Of a stretch of 64,000 bases of DNA, positions 1 to 10,699 are shown in pieces. The DNA comes from Candidatus Omnitrophota bacterium. GTDB lineage: Bacteria > Omnitrophota > Gorgyraeia > Zapsychrales > JAHFFX01. The translations under genes were made by a program, and so were the position numbers. How positions within the stretch are numbered: the first letter of the stretch is position 1; the number at the start of each line of letters is the position of its first letter. The stretch spans positions 12,243 through 76,242 of the forward strand of contig JAHFFW010000007.1 of NCBI GenBank assembly GCA_023247725.1. The letters are read 5' to 3'. The notes beneath the pieces were generated by a model, which was not told the origin of the DNA, made no database searches, and saw only the letters and a program-made list of their open reading frames with translations.

Positions 1-374
1 TCGCCGGGAACTTGCATGCGTTTGGCCGTCGCACCCGTTGCAATAATAAGACTTCTTGTTTCTACCGTTTCCTGATTAGTAAAAACCTTGAAGGGTGATT
101 GATTGAGATCAACCTTTTCGACCGTTAATGTTTTGATGCGCGTCCCGCAGTTGATCGATTGCTGCCTCATGCGAATCATGAGTTCTGGACCGAGAATTCC
201 TTCTGGAAACCCGGGATAATTCTCCACCTCGGTCGTGGTCGTCAATTGGCCTCCTGCGGCGATCCCACCCGCCACCAGGCCTTCATAGAGAAGCGGATTC
301 AATTTGGCCCGGCCCGCATAAATGGCGGCCGTGTGGGCGGCCGGCCCGGAACCAATGATGACAAGATTTTCCAT
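1..374 (-). CDS. trxB: thioredoxin-disulfide reductase, N-terminal ~124 aa (gene continues past window start)
   Basis: Reverse complement of 1-374 translates without stops to MENLVIIGSGPAAHTAAIYAGRAKLNPLLYEGLVAGGIAAGGQLTTTTEVENYPGFPEGI, the FAD-binding GSGPAG fold typical of TrxB; ATG at 374..372. Not in the ORF track because it runs off the window. Confidence 0.75.
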   Translation of the reverse strand, partial: MENLVIIGSGPAAHTAAIYAGRAKLNPLLYEGLVAGGIAAGGQLTTTTEVENYPGFPEGILGPELMIRMRQQSINCGTRIKTLTVEKVDLNQSPFKVFTNQETVETRSLIIATGATAKRMQVPG

Positions 375-395
375 AGATAAAACGAATTTGCTGGA

Positions 396-1319
396 TTACT
401 CGAGCTGGTATCGGTCCAGGATTTTTGATCGGGGTTTTTTTTCGGCCTTTTCGACCAGATCATGAAGGATTTGATCGTAGCGTGGTTTGTTCTTATCTTG
501 AAAGAACAAGCCGTAGTAGCGGCGTTCCGCGTTGGAATAACGAAAGGCAGCTTCGATATCCGATGGGTTGTGTTCAATGCATTCAGTTTTATCCGTCAAA
601 CGTTTATCCGGCGCAATTCCATTCGGATGCTTGAGAAACGAAAACCAGCTGGAGGATTTGTGATCAAAATTTTCCGCATCGAAATGCGGGCAGCGCTGCG
701 AGATGTGGACAAAGGCAAATCCTGAATGCTGAAAAGCAGCGCCAAGGGTGCTCGCCAGATGATCCGGCATCCAGTCCGTGGTACTGGCGACAAAGGAAGC
801 TCCCAATCCTAAGGCGGTGCGGACCGGATTGATGGGTTCAAGCAAGGTTCCGAAGGGTTGAGTGTTTGTCGCATGACCTTTTCTGGTCGTTGGAGAAGTT
901 TGACTTTTGGTTAAGGCGTAGAGTTCATTGTCATACAACAAAAACACACATTTGAAATTTTTATTGATGCCGTGAATGAGATGATTGCCACCGATGGAAA
1001 GCGCATCGCCGTCTCCCGAATGGATAAAAATATGCAAATCCGGTCGGGCCAAAGCAAGGCCCAGGGCAACGGTAATAGGGCGTCCGTGGATCGTGTGCGC
1101 ACCATAGGCGTTGATATAATTCGGGGCGCGGCCAGAGCATCCGATTCCGGAAACGTTGACGGTTTGGGCCGCGACCATCTGCTGGTCCACCATAAACCGT
1201 TTGATGGCGGCGATGATGCCAAAATCACCACAGCCGGCGCACCAACGGGGATTTTCAATATGCAAATCCTTCAGAGTCAAAGGCTGACCCGAAGGCTTAT
1301 CTTGTATTTGCGTACTCAT
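396..1319 (-). CDS. korB: 2-oxoglutarate/2-oxoacid:ferredoxin oxidoreductase beta subunit (TPP-binding)
   Basis: PRWCAGCGDFGI motif ~25 aa from chosen start, TPP-binding GDG...N region; start moved to internal ATG (MSTQIQDK) preceded by AAGGAG 7 nt upstream; overlaps korA 3' end by 23 nt. Confidence 0.8.
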   Translation of the reverse strand: MSTQIQDKPSGQPLTLKDLHIENPRWCAGCGDFGIIAAIKRFMVDQQMVAAQTVNVSGIGCSGRAPNYINAYGAHTIHGRPITVALGLALARPDLHIFIHSGDGDALSIGGNHLIHGINKNFKCVFLLYDNELYALTKSQTSPTTRKGHATNTQPFGTLLEPINPVRTALGLGASFVASTTDWMPDHLASTLGAAFQHSGFAFVHISQRCPHFDAENFDHKSSSWFSFLKHPNGIAPDKRLTDKTECIEHNPSDIEAAFRYSNAERRYYGLFFQDKNKPRYDQILHDLVEKAEKKPRSKILDRYQLE

Positions 1320-3123
1320 GGAGATACTCCTTAGCAGTTCCATAGATACCTTTTGGTCGGATCGGTCGACCGGTTGCCCTCGCAATCATGCCACGGATAT
1401 CCATTAAGGTTTCGGCTCGAAGCAGCATGGCTAAAGGCGGAGGCTTGATGTCATCACCATAGGCGACCTCAACCGTGACCACGCGGTTAAATTTGGAAAA
1501 CATTTCTTTAAGCATCATCGGCAAAGGATGTACGATCTTCAAATGCATTCCGGATACTGGCAGACCATCGATCTGACAAAGATTCATGGCTTCCTCAATC
1601 GCACCGCGCGTACTGCCCCAACCGACGATCAATAGCTCCCCCTCTTCTTTTCCAAACATCTCGGGTTTGGTCAGGGCTCTTTTAACGAGATGCACTTTAT
1701 GATTACGCACGGCGTGCGAGCGTTGATTGGTTTTGGAAAAATAATTGATTTTCCCTTCCTTGTCGGTATTTAAGCCTGTCACCCGACGCATGGCACCCGG
1801 CATTCCGGGGATGGATTGCACCGCACGGACCATTTCAATGTTTTCCGGTAAGCGTTGGATGTGAAAACGTTCGAAAACAAAATCCGGGATTTCGTTGATG
1901 TTAGTGATTTCATTGACCTTGAGTTTATCAATGATCTTATAGCTGTTAGCGGTTTGAAAGTCTGTCATGATAAAAATCGGCAATCGCAACTTTTCCGCGA
2001 GATACCGCGCCATTTGCGGGGCATAAAAACAGTCAATGACATTGGCAACGCTTAAGACAATCTTTGTATTATCACCATGGCAACCAAAAATGACCGCCGG
2101 CAAATCGGATTGTTCGGTTTTTGTGGGCATTCCGGTCGACGGGCCGGAACGTTGGGCATCAATGATCACAATGGGAATTTCGGCCGCCGAGGCATAGCCG
2201 ATAAATTCCTGTTTAAGGGAAAGTCCTGGCCCGGATGTGCAGGTGATCGCTGGAACACCACTAAAGTAAGCCCCAATCGCGGTGCCAATGGCCGCAATCT
2301 CATCTTCGGCCTGATGGACCATCCCGCCATAATTAGAAAAATTCTTGGCGAGGGTGTGCATGATGGAGGAAGCTGGCGTGATCGGATACCCAGAAAATAA
2401 TTTGAACCCCGCATCAATGATCCCCATGCTTAAAGAGGTATTTCCATCAATCAGGATTTTTTCCCCTTCAGCCCGGCGGGAATTGATTTCAAAGGCAAAC
2501 GGGATGTGTTCCTGCGCGTAAGCATATCCATGTTCAAAAATGGTCAGGTTTTTGTTTAAGATGTCTTCTTTGAGTTTCTTCCCGAACGTCTTAATGATTT
2601 TGCTTTTGACAACCTCGGGTGAGGTCAAGTAAATCGCGGCCAGCATTCCTAAATAATACATATTGCTGCCAGAACCTCCCATGCTTTTGATCATGGCCTT
2701 GGCCTGTGCATCGATCTGAAAAGGGAAGATCGAAAGACCCAAGACCGCTAACCGCTTGCAAACCATTTCATAGATCTCTTCATTGCCCGGTTTATCGCCC
2801 ATATCCAAAAGGACTCGACAATTGGGATTTGTTTCTTCATCATCCAGCCGGCGGTCCAGCACGATCTCATGCGAAGCCAGAATCACATCCGCGTCATTAC
2901 CGATATTAGTGATATCAAAATCAGCAACACGAATGATGACACCCGAAAGAGCCGGGCGGGTCCGTGGCGGCGGACTGATTTCCGCCGGGATCATCGGTTC
3001 AATGTAAACATATTTCCCGGTATCGGCAAAAGCGCTGATGAGAATATCGCCCGCTTTTTGGGCTCCGAAACCGGCATCCATCAATAATTCAAAACGTGAG
3101 ACTTTCTTTTTTTCCTTGATCAT
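1297..3123 (-). CDS. korA: 2-oxoglutarate/2-oxoacid:ferredoxin oxidoreductase alpha subunit
   Basis: 608 aa, pyruvate/2-oxoacid:ferredoxin oxidoreductase alpha-type domains (GYPITPASSIM, transketolase-like C-terminal domain); directly upstream of korB. Confidence 0.8.
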   Translation of the reverse strand: MIKEKKKVSRFELLMDAGFGAQKAGDILISAFADTGKYVYIEPMIPAEISPPPRTRPALSGVIIRVADFDITNIGNDADVILASHEIVLDRRLDDEETNPNCRVLLDMGDKPGNEEIYEMVCKRLAVLGLSIFPFQIDAQAKAMIKSMGGSGSNMYYLGMLAAIYLTSPEVVKSKIIKTFGKKLKEDILNKNLTIFEHGYAYAQEHIPFAFEINSRRAEGEKILIDGNTSLSMGIIDAGFKLFSGYPITPASSIMHTLAKNFSNYGGMVHQAEDEIAAIGTAIGAYFSGVPAITCTSGPGLSLKQEFIGYASAAEIPIVIIDAQRSGPSTGMPTKTEQSDLPAVIFGCHGDNTKIVLSVANVIDCFYAPQMARYLAEKLRLPIFIMTDFQTANSYKIIDKLKVNEITNINEIPDFVFERFHIQRLPENIEMVRAVQSIPGMPGAMRRVTGLNTDKEGKINYFSKTNQRSHAVRNHKVHLVKRALTKPEMFGKEEGELLIVGWGSTRGAIEEAMNLCQIDGLPVSGMHLKIVHPLPMMLKEMFSKFNRVVTVEVAYGDDIKPPPLAMLLRAETLMDIRGMIARATGRPIRPKGIYGTAKEYLHEYANTR

Positions 3124-3344
3124 GGTTTCCCTTCAAGTCCGCCAAATTGCTAAATTTTTGGTATAAGATTGGTTGTTACTATAATCTTTTTACTTGTGCC
3201 GTGCAAGGCATATTCAAATTATTCTGCTTCGCCCCGCCGAAGACGGGGCTTCGCAGGAATATTCTCTCGAACAGAATAATTCCTCCGAAGCAAAAGAGAT
3301 AGGGACTATTTCTTTTGCGAAGGAGAATAAAAGGACATCAACTT

Positions 3345-4454
3345 TTAAGTGCCTTGACCTGATGGATGATCTTTGTGAGGTCTTAAATCGGCTAAATCTT
3401 TCATCACAAAAGATTCACGATCGTCTTGAATCGTCCCCTGAACTTCTTCATTGGCCAAGATTTGGTCAACCGAAAATTCCGAATTGATTTCAAAACCAGC
3501 ATCTTTGATCATTCGCAAGGTTCTTGCCCGATGGGAGCCTTTGACATTGAGATAGCCATCCAAGAATAAAGAATTGGCGGGATAAAGGGACATGACCTCC
3601 ATACTCCTTAGATGACCTTCCCGACCCGCTGCCACCCGAAGTTCCGAATCAGGATTAAGAAAACGGAACAAGCACAACACCCGCAAACAAAATTCCGGCG
3701 TCAATTCCGAAATCACTTTCAGCTGGTTGCCCCCAATAGGAATCAAAAAATTGACAGGAATGGAACGAGCCTGGATCTGCCGCAGTCTGTAAGCTACTTC
3801 AATAATGTCATCGATCGTTTCCCCCAATCCCACGATCATTCCGCTGCAAATTTGTAATCCGGCTTGCCGCGCCGCTTGTAGGGTTCTTAATCGATCCTCA
3901 AAGGTATGAGTTGTACAAATTTCTGGATAATGCCGTTGGGAGGTATTGAGATTGTGATTAAGGCGATCGAGGCCGGCGGCCTTTAACTGCTGGGTTGCCG
4001 ATTCATCCATAATTCCAGCGGAAACGCAAACCTCAATCGGATAGGTCGATTTGATTTCACGGATTAATCTCGAAAGATGTTCAATGCGTCGGCCGGAAGG
4101 CCCCCGCCCGGCAAAAACCATGCAATAGCGGAAAGCCCCTCTTTCATAAGCGCTTTTCGCTTCTTGTAAAATTTCCTGGTTGGATTTAAGAGGGTATTCA
4201 TCGATATCCACCTGCGATGTCTTGGCTTGAGCGCAGTAATGGCAGTCTTCGGGACAAAACCCATTTTGGGCATTGTTGAGGATGTGGATAGAAACCACTT
4301 TACCAGTGTAGGTTTTCCGAACCTCAAAAGCGGCGTCCAGAAGCGGCAAAAGTTCGATTTCAGGCGAACTGAGGATGCGCGTACACTCTTGTATATTCAA
4401 TGTTTCATTGGCCAAGACTCTCTTGACCAAATCACAATAGGATGACCTGTCCAT
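3345..4454 (-). CDS. bioB: biotin synthase (radical SAM)
   Basis: CPEDCHYCAQ radical-SAM CxxxCxxC motif, YCMVFAGRGP, C-terminal Cys ligands typical of BioB; unusually has ~40-aa C-terminal tail. Confidence 0.85.
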   Translation of the reverse strand: MDRSSYCDLVKRVLANETLNIQECTRILSSPEIELLPLLDAAFEVRKTYTGKVVSIHILNNAQNGFCPEDCHYCAQAKTSQVDIDEYPLKSNQEILQEAKSAYERGAFRYCMVFAGRGPSGRRIEHLSRLIREIKSTYPIEVCVSAGIMDESATQQLKAAGLDRLNHNLNTSQRHYPEICTTHTFEDRLRTLQAARQAGLQICSGMIVGLGETIDDIIEVAYRLRQIQARSIPVNFLIPIGGNQLKVISELTPEFCLRVLCLFRFLNPDSELRVAAGREGHLRSMEVMSLYPANSLFLDGYLNVKGSHRARTLRMIKDAGFEINSEFSVDQILANEEVQGTIQDDRESFVMKDLADLRPHKDHPSGQGT

Positions 4455-4633
4455 GAATTTCCTACTTTGTACGATTGAGTTTATTCTATTATAAAAGTGT
4501 CAGGATTTCAAATAGGGTTTTCGTATTTTATGAAGAACGATGTAAAAGATAATTCCCTTGCATTTTGTGCCAATTCCGATATAGTAAGCCTAGTTAAAAC
4601 CACCTAAGAATTCGCTAAGGTCCTCAAAATGCA

Positions 4634-6469
4634 ATGAAAAAATCTATCCATTCCTTTCATATTCCTGTTATGGGAACCGGATTTTCAATTGATACCCCAA
4701 TCAAAGTCGCGAAGTATGGAGTTTCTTCGGTGATTTCCATTGTGGATGATTCCCTCATTGAAGAGATGCGGCAGTTTTATTGTTCGGTGGTGGGGGAAAC
4801 CTATACACCCATTACGAAGCAGGAAGAAGACTACCGGGCCCGGCGCATCACCGCATATCTTAATTTGGTCGACCGCATCGTTAAAAAACAGTTTGAAGAT
4901 TTGAAGAATTCGAGCTTCGAGCCTAATTCCGAAATCACGAAATACTTTGAGCTTTTGGCCGAGGATTCTCTCCTAAAGACCCTTTACCATATCATGTTGT
5001 GCACGAAGGACGAGCAAACCAAAAAAGATTTGCAACAAACCTTGCGCAGTATGATGATGCCAGGAGATATCAATGTTAACATTATGACGAAGTTGGACCG
5101 AACCAATTATGCACCTAACGGCACCGAGCTTCCTCCGGAATATTCTGATGCCCTAGCGGCCCTGCGCGGCTTTGCTAATAGCACGCTTAACTCATCCATT
5201 GTCTTTTCCGCCGGATTCAACCGCCGACTCTATGCCTATGTTGAAACCTTTAAAGATTTTTATGCGGATATCAAGGGATTTATCAAAAAGAAAATTATCA
5301 TCAAGGTCAGTGATTTCCGTTCGGCCATCACCCAGGGAAAATTCTTTGCCAAAAAAGGGTTGTGGGTCTCGGAATATCGAATCGAATCGGGTCTCAATTG
5401 CGGCGGGCATGCCTTTGCCACAGATGGGTTTTTGATGGGGCCGATCTTGGAAGAGTTCAAGAATAAAAAGGCGGAACTGATTGAAAGTTTGCATCTTCTG
5501 TGCAATGAGGCCTTGAAGCTGAAAAACAAAATCCCATTTTTAAAAGTTCCGGAGGTCCGCATCACCGCCCAAGGAGGAATTGGCACAGCGAAAGAAAACC
5601 GCTTTCTCTTGAATTATTTCAAACTGGATGGAACCGGTTGGGCCACTCCCTTCTTGCTGGTTCCGGAGGTGACCAATGTGGATGATGAAACCTTAAAAAA
5701 ATTAAGCGCCGCCACTGAGGATGATCTTTACTTGAGCGATGTTTCTCCTCTAGGAATTCCTTTCAATAACCTGCGTTCCTCCATCAGTGACGGAGAAAAA
5801 GAACGCCGGGTGACAGAAGGCCGCCCCGGGAGCGCCTGTCCCAAAGGACATCTGGTTTCCAACACGGAATTCACCAAAGAACCCATTTGCACAGCCTCCC
5901 GGCAGTACCAAAAATTAAAGCTGGATCAATTGAACAAAATGAAACTCGATCCTTCGCAATTTCGTCGAGTTTTTTCTGATATCGTCAAAAAGGCCTGCAT
6001 CTGCAATGATCTGGGGGAAGCCCCCTTAATTAGGAACAAAATCGGCAAGGAGTGGGTCCAACGCTTTACGGCCGTTTGCCCAGGGCCGAATATTGCTTAT
6101 TTTTATAAAATTTCCTCTTTGGCGGAAATGGTTGGCCATATTTACGGGCGATTGAATTTATTGAATTCGACCTACCGGCCGAATATGTTCATCAAGGAAT
6201 TAAAAATGTATATTGATTACCTAAAAAATGAGATTCAAAAATCCGCTCAGCCGACAGACAAACAAATCGCTTACTTTAATGAATTCAAAAAGAATCTTTT
6301 TGAGGGAATCGAGTATTATCGAACCCTGATCCCCAAAATGCTTGAGGAAACACAAGAATACCGTGATCGAATGTACGCAGAATTAATGGGGTTTAAAGGA
6401 AAACTCGAGGCACTGATTGAAGAATACCAAGATTTTTTTCCGGTTTCATTGGAGCCGGTGACGGTATAA
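4634..6469 (+). CDS. conserved hypothetical 611-aa protein; weak resemblance to nitronate monooxygenase/FabK-type FMN TIM-barrel (HIPVMGTGFSIDTP ... AQGGIGT ... DGTGWATPFLL)
   Basis: Clean ATG start, long uninterrupted ORF, followed by strong intrinsic terminator; motif similarity to the NMO/PfaD family (GGIGT, GxGWATPFL) is my own pattern match, not a database hit; C-terminal Cys-rich stretch (CPKGH, CTAS, CICND, VCPGP). Confidence 0.4.
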   Translation: MKKSIHSFHIPVMGTGFSIDTPIKVAKYGVSSVISIVDDSLIEEMRQFYCSVVGETYTPITKQEEDYRARRITAYLNLVDRIVKKQFEDLKNSSFEPNSEITKYFELLAEDSLLKTLYHIMLCTKDEQTKKDLQQTLRSMMMPGDINVNIMTKLDRTNYAPNGTELPPEYSDALAALRGFANSTLNSSIVFSAGFNRRLYAYVETFKDFYADIKGFIKKKIIIKVSDFRSAITQGKFFAKKGLWVSEYRIESGLNCGGHAFATDGFLMGPILEEFKNKKAELIESLHLLCNEALKLKNKIPFLKVPEVRITAQGGIGTAKENRFLLNYFKLDGTGWATPFLLVPEVTNVDDETLKKLSAATEDDLYLSDVSPLGIPFNNLRSSISDGEKERRVTEGRPGSACPKGHLVSNTEFTKEPICTASRQYQKLKLDQLNKMKLDPSQFRRVFSDIVKKACICNDLGEAPLIRNKIGKEWVQRFTAVCPGPNIAYFYKISSLAEMVGHIYGRLNLLNSTYRPNMFIKELKMYIDYLKNEIQKSAQPTDKQIAYFNEFKKNLFEGIEYYRTLIPKMLEETQEYRDRMYAELMGFKGKLEALIEEYQDFFPVSLEPVTV

Positions 6470-6493
6470 GTCATTGTGTTGAAGTTAAAATGC

Positions 6494-6535
6494 GGGGGCG
6501 GCCTGAATGTGAGTTGCAGGCCGCCCCCTTTGTTT
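6494..6535. terminator. bidirectional intrinsic terminator between convergent 611-aa gene (+) and thiC (-)
   Basis: Perfect 12-bp GC stem GGGGGCGGCCTG / CAGGCCGCCCCC, 11-nt loop, followed by TTTGTTT on + strand; lies in the 80-bp gap between two convergent stop codons. Confidence 0.6.
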
Positions 6536-6550
6536 CATTCCAAAATTTTT

Positions 6551-8356
<1,806 letters not shown>

Positions 8357-8493
8357 TTATTTTTAAAATATCTAGAAAACGAAAGGAAAACCTTCGGCAT
8401 TATATTACAAAGCTCAGCTTTGAGCAATGGATTCATCTTTGAATTCGACAATGGGGCTATGGAGAGGAACTTCTAAAGGCTAGAAGGCTGGAG

Positions 8494-8865
8494 TTAGCTG
8501 AACGATGTTCCGCAACCGCAGCTGCTTTTGGCATTGGGGTTTCGGTACTTGAATCCGCTTTCCTTCAATGAATCAACGTAGTCCACCTGAATTCCCTTTA
8601 AAAAGGGAACGCATTCGGAATTGACGAGGATTTTCAAATCGCCTTGAGAATTGATGATGTCATTGTCATAAGCTTTCTTTTGAAAACTCATTTCATAAGA
8701 AAGGCCGGCACAGCCGCCGGTGACGACACCAATCCGCAAAAGATAATCGGCCTTGCCTTCTTTTTGCATCATCGACTTGATTTTGGCCACGGCCGAGTCG
8801 GTTAAGGTCACAACCGACCCGGAATCCGGGAGGCTTGTCTGATTGTTCTGTTTTGTAGTTTCCAT
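8494..8865 (-). CDS. A-type iron-sulfur cluster insertion/carrier protein (HesB/IscA/ErpA family)
   Basis: C-terminal CGCGxSF motif and conserved Cys in GGCAGLSY; start moved from GTG (8931) to ATG METTKQ (123 aa), consistent with family length. Confidence 0.7.
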   Translation of the reverse strand: METTKQNNQTSLPDSGSVVTLTDSAVAKIKSMMQKEGKADYLLRIGVVTGGCAGLSYEMSFQKKAYDNDIINSQGDLKILVNSECVPFLKGIQVDYVDSLKESGFKYRNPNAKSSCGCGTSFS

Positions 8866-8946
8866 TCGAATTCTCTTTTTAACAACATGATCTATAAGAG
8901 ATATAGCATACCCGTCGAAAAATTTCAACACACAATATGAAGGTGT

Positions 8947-10116
8947 TCAGGTTTTGACTTTGGGATAGAACAGGGCAATAGAACTGGTAAATCCGTGTAG
9001 AAAATTATTTTTACAGACAGGGCCTATTTCACCGGCACAAAAAAAACCGGCGGCCGGAACAGGGCCAAGATATTTTTGGATGATCTGGATATCGTGATTG
9101 GGCTGCCGGAACAAATTCTCTCCTCGGCCGTTACAAGAAAAAACCAGGGCTCCTTTAGGTTTCTCTTTATTTTTGTTCTGCTGGGCCGAAAGGAGTTCAT
9201 TGAGATCTTCGGTCGCGGCTTCTGCGTCCCGGATGTGGAACTGAATCGTTTGGCCGGGTTTGACATAATCGGCGATCGCCCCCGCTCCGGTATTACGATC
9301 GATGCCGATAAGCCCCCGGATCAAAAAATCGCCGCGTTTGAATTGATGCTGATACTCATTCATGGCGATACCAACGAACAGGGCTTCCTGAGCCAGAAGT
9401 TTATCTTTGGCAGGAATTTTATAAAGGACATTCTGCAAGACCTCAATGAAAGGTTTGCCGGCCAGTTCGTGGACTACATTGTCCTGGGCTTTGGTGACGA
9501 TGTAGGTTTCGCCAATCGGTCGGCAACCTTGCGAGACAACTGCTTCCACCTGGATGGGTCCGGTGAGGATGACTCCCACGAGCCCTTCTTCAAATTGTTT
9601 TTGATTAAGAAATAAGGTGTTCTCCAATGGCTGATACGCTCCCGAGGCTAAACCGCCCACGATCGAACAATGGGGGAAAATTTTATTTAACTGATCCAGA
9701 AAACGATTCATATCAAATTGAAAAGGGTCGGGTAAAATGAGAAAAATGGGGTTTTCATTGGGATAAACCTCCAAAAAATTAAACCACGCCTCTGGAGTAC
9801 TCAAGGTCTCCATTTGAGTTTGGTTGATGCAAAAGGCCAAAATTTTGACTCCGGGAAGCTTGGCTAAGATCAAGGAGGTTGCGGGTTGGCGCTCTATTTC
9901 CGTTTGCTCCCCAATAATCCCCGCACAGGTGCAGCCTAACAAATTTTTAATTTTTATACGGCGATTGATGAGTTCGATGATTTCTTCCGTGGAGGTTTTG
10001 CCAAATGAGGAAATGAATAGAAAACCTAGATCGAATTCGGCCTCCAGGCCTTCCGTGAGTTCCCGAACAATCTTTTGGGTATCAGTTTGAGTGGTAATGC
10101 GGCTAAAAAATTCCAT
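8947..10116 (-). CDS. FIST-domain sensor protein (FIST N + FIST C)
   Basis: 389 aa, architecture and motifs (GFFCAGEIGP near C-terminus) typical of FIST signalling domains; ATG start. Confidence 0.65.
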   Translation of the reverse strand: MEFFSRITTQTDTQKIVRELTEGLEAEFDLGFLFISSFGKTSTEEIIELINRRIKIKNLLGCTCAGIIGEQTEIERQPATSLILAKLPGVKILAFCINQTQMETLSTPEAWFNFLEVYPNENPIFLILPDPFQFDMNRFLDQLNKIFPHCSIVGGLASGAYQPLENTLFLNQKQFEEGLVGVILTGPIQVEAVVSQGCRPIGETYIVTKAQDNVVHELAGKPFIEVLQNVLYKIPAKDKLLAQEALFVGIAMNEYQHQFKRGDFLIRGLIGIDRNTGAGAIADYVKPGQTIQFHIRDAEAATEDLNELLSAQQNKNKEKPKGALVFSCNGRGENLFRQPNHDIQIIQKYLGPVPAAGFFCAGEIGPVCKNNFLHGFTSSIALFYPKVKT

Positions 10117-10241
10117 GGCACCTCTTTATGGAGTTCAATATGTTTAATATTGTACCCGATGTTCACACCCGAAATCGAGAAGAAAATTGGTTATTTTGTC
10201 ACGGGGATGGAAAAGCTTAAGGATTCCGGGGAATTCATCGA

Positions 10242-10661
10242 TCAAGCCCGGATCATGAGGATAGGGATACGCGTACGATGACGCAAATCCTCGGCCACAC
10301 TTCCCAAAAAGATATCCTTCCAAAAACGGTGACCGTGCGTGGACATGGCAATCAGATCGCAATCTTCCTTTTCCGCGGTGGAAAGGATTTCCCGGGCGGG
10401 TTCGCCAGTGGCCAGACAGGCCGTGACCTGAAAGCCTTCTTTGGTTAATTCGTCTTTGATTTGATTTAAATACTGACGATCATTGCGGATTTCCTCCGAG
10501 TCTTCGAGATTCAGCTGCTGTTGGTAACGCGCGGCATAACCGTCGGCCACGTGAACGAGAACGATGCTGGCGCCGACTAAGCGCAACAGTGGCCGGATAT
10601 GTTTCAAGATCACATTATCCGTTGGAGAATTGTCCAGGGGAACCAGGATTCGTTTGTACAT
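10242..10661 (-). CDS. universal stress protein (UspA family)
   Basis: 139 aa, MYKRILVPLD...AMSTHGH...GSVAE pattern of Usp ATP-binding fold; AGAGGGA RBS. Confidence 0.8.
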   Translation of the reverse strand: MYKRILVPLDNSPTDNVILKHIRPLLRLVGASIVLVHVADGYAARYQQQLNLEDSEEIRNDRQYLNQIKDELTKEGFQVTACLATGEPAREILSTAEKEDCDLIAMSTHGHRFWKDIFLGSVAEDLRHRTRIPILMIRA

Positions 10662-10699
10662 TCATTTTCCCTCTTTCACTGATAAGAATGATCACCCTT

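Noticed and set aside
159-380. 73-aa plus-strand ORF at window start
   Set aside because: Antisense to a clearly recognisable trxB N-terminus on the minus strand; low-complexity Gly/Arg-rich translation typical of antisense GC-rich coding DNA.
3194-3487. 97-aa plus-strand ORF overlapping bioB 3' end
   Set aside because: No RBS, overlaps bioB coding by 140 nt on opposite strand, and its sequence spans the intergenic hairpin region; judged spurious.
9076-9615. Long antisense ORFs inside coding genes
   Set aside because: - The other examples are 12617-13072, 15573-16067, 37249-37755, 55353-55982 and 31691-31996.
- All lie fully inside well-supported minus-strand genes (FIST, redoxin, aroC, atpA, hemY, coxA).
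- Their translations are low-complexity (G/R/P-rich), and none has an RBS plus ATG.
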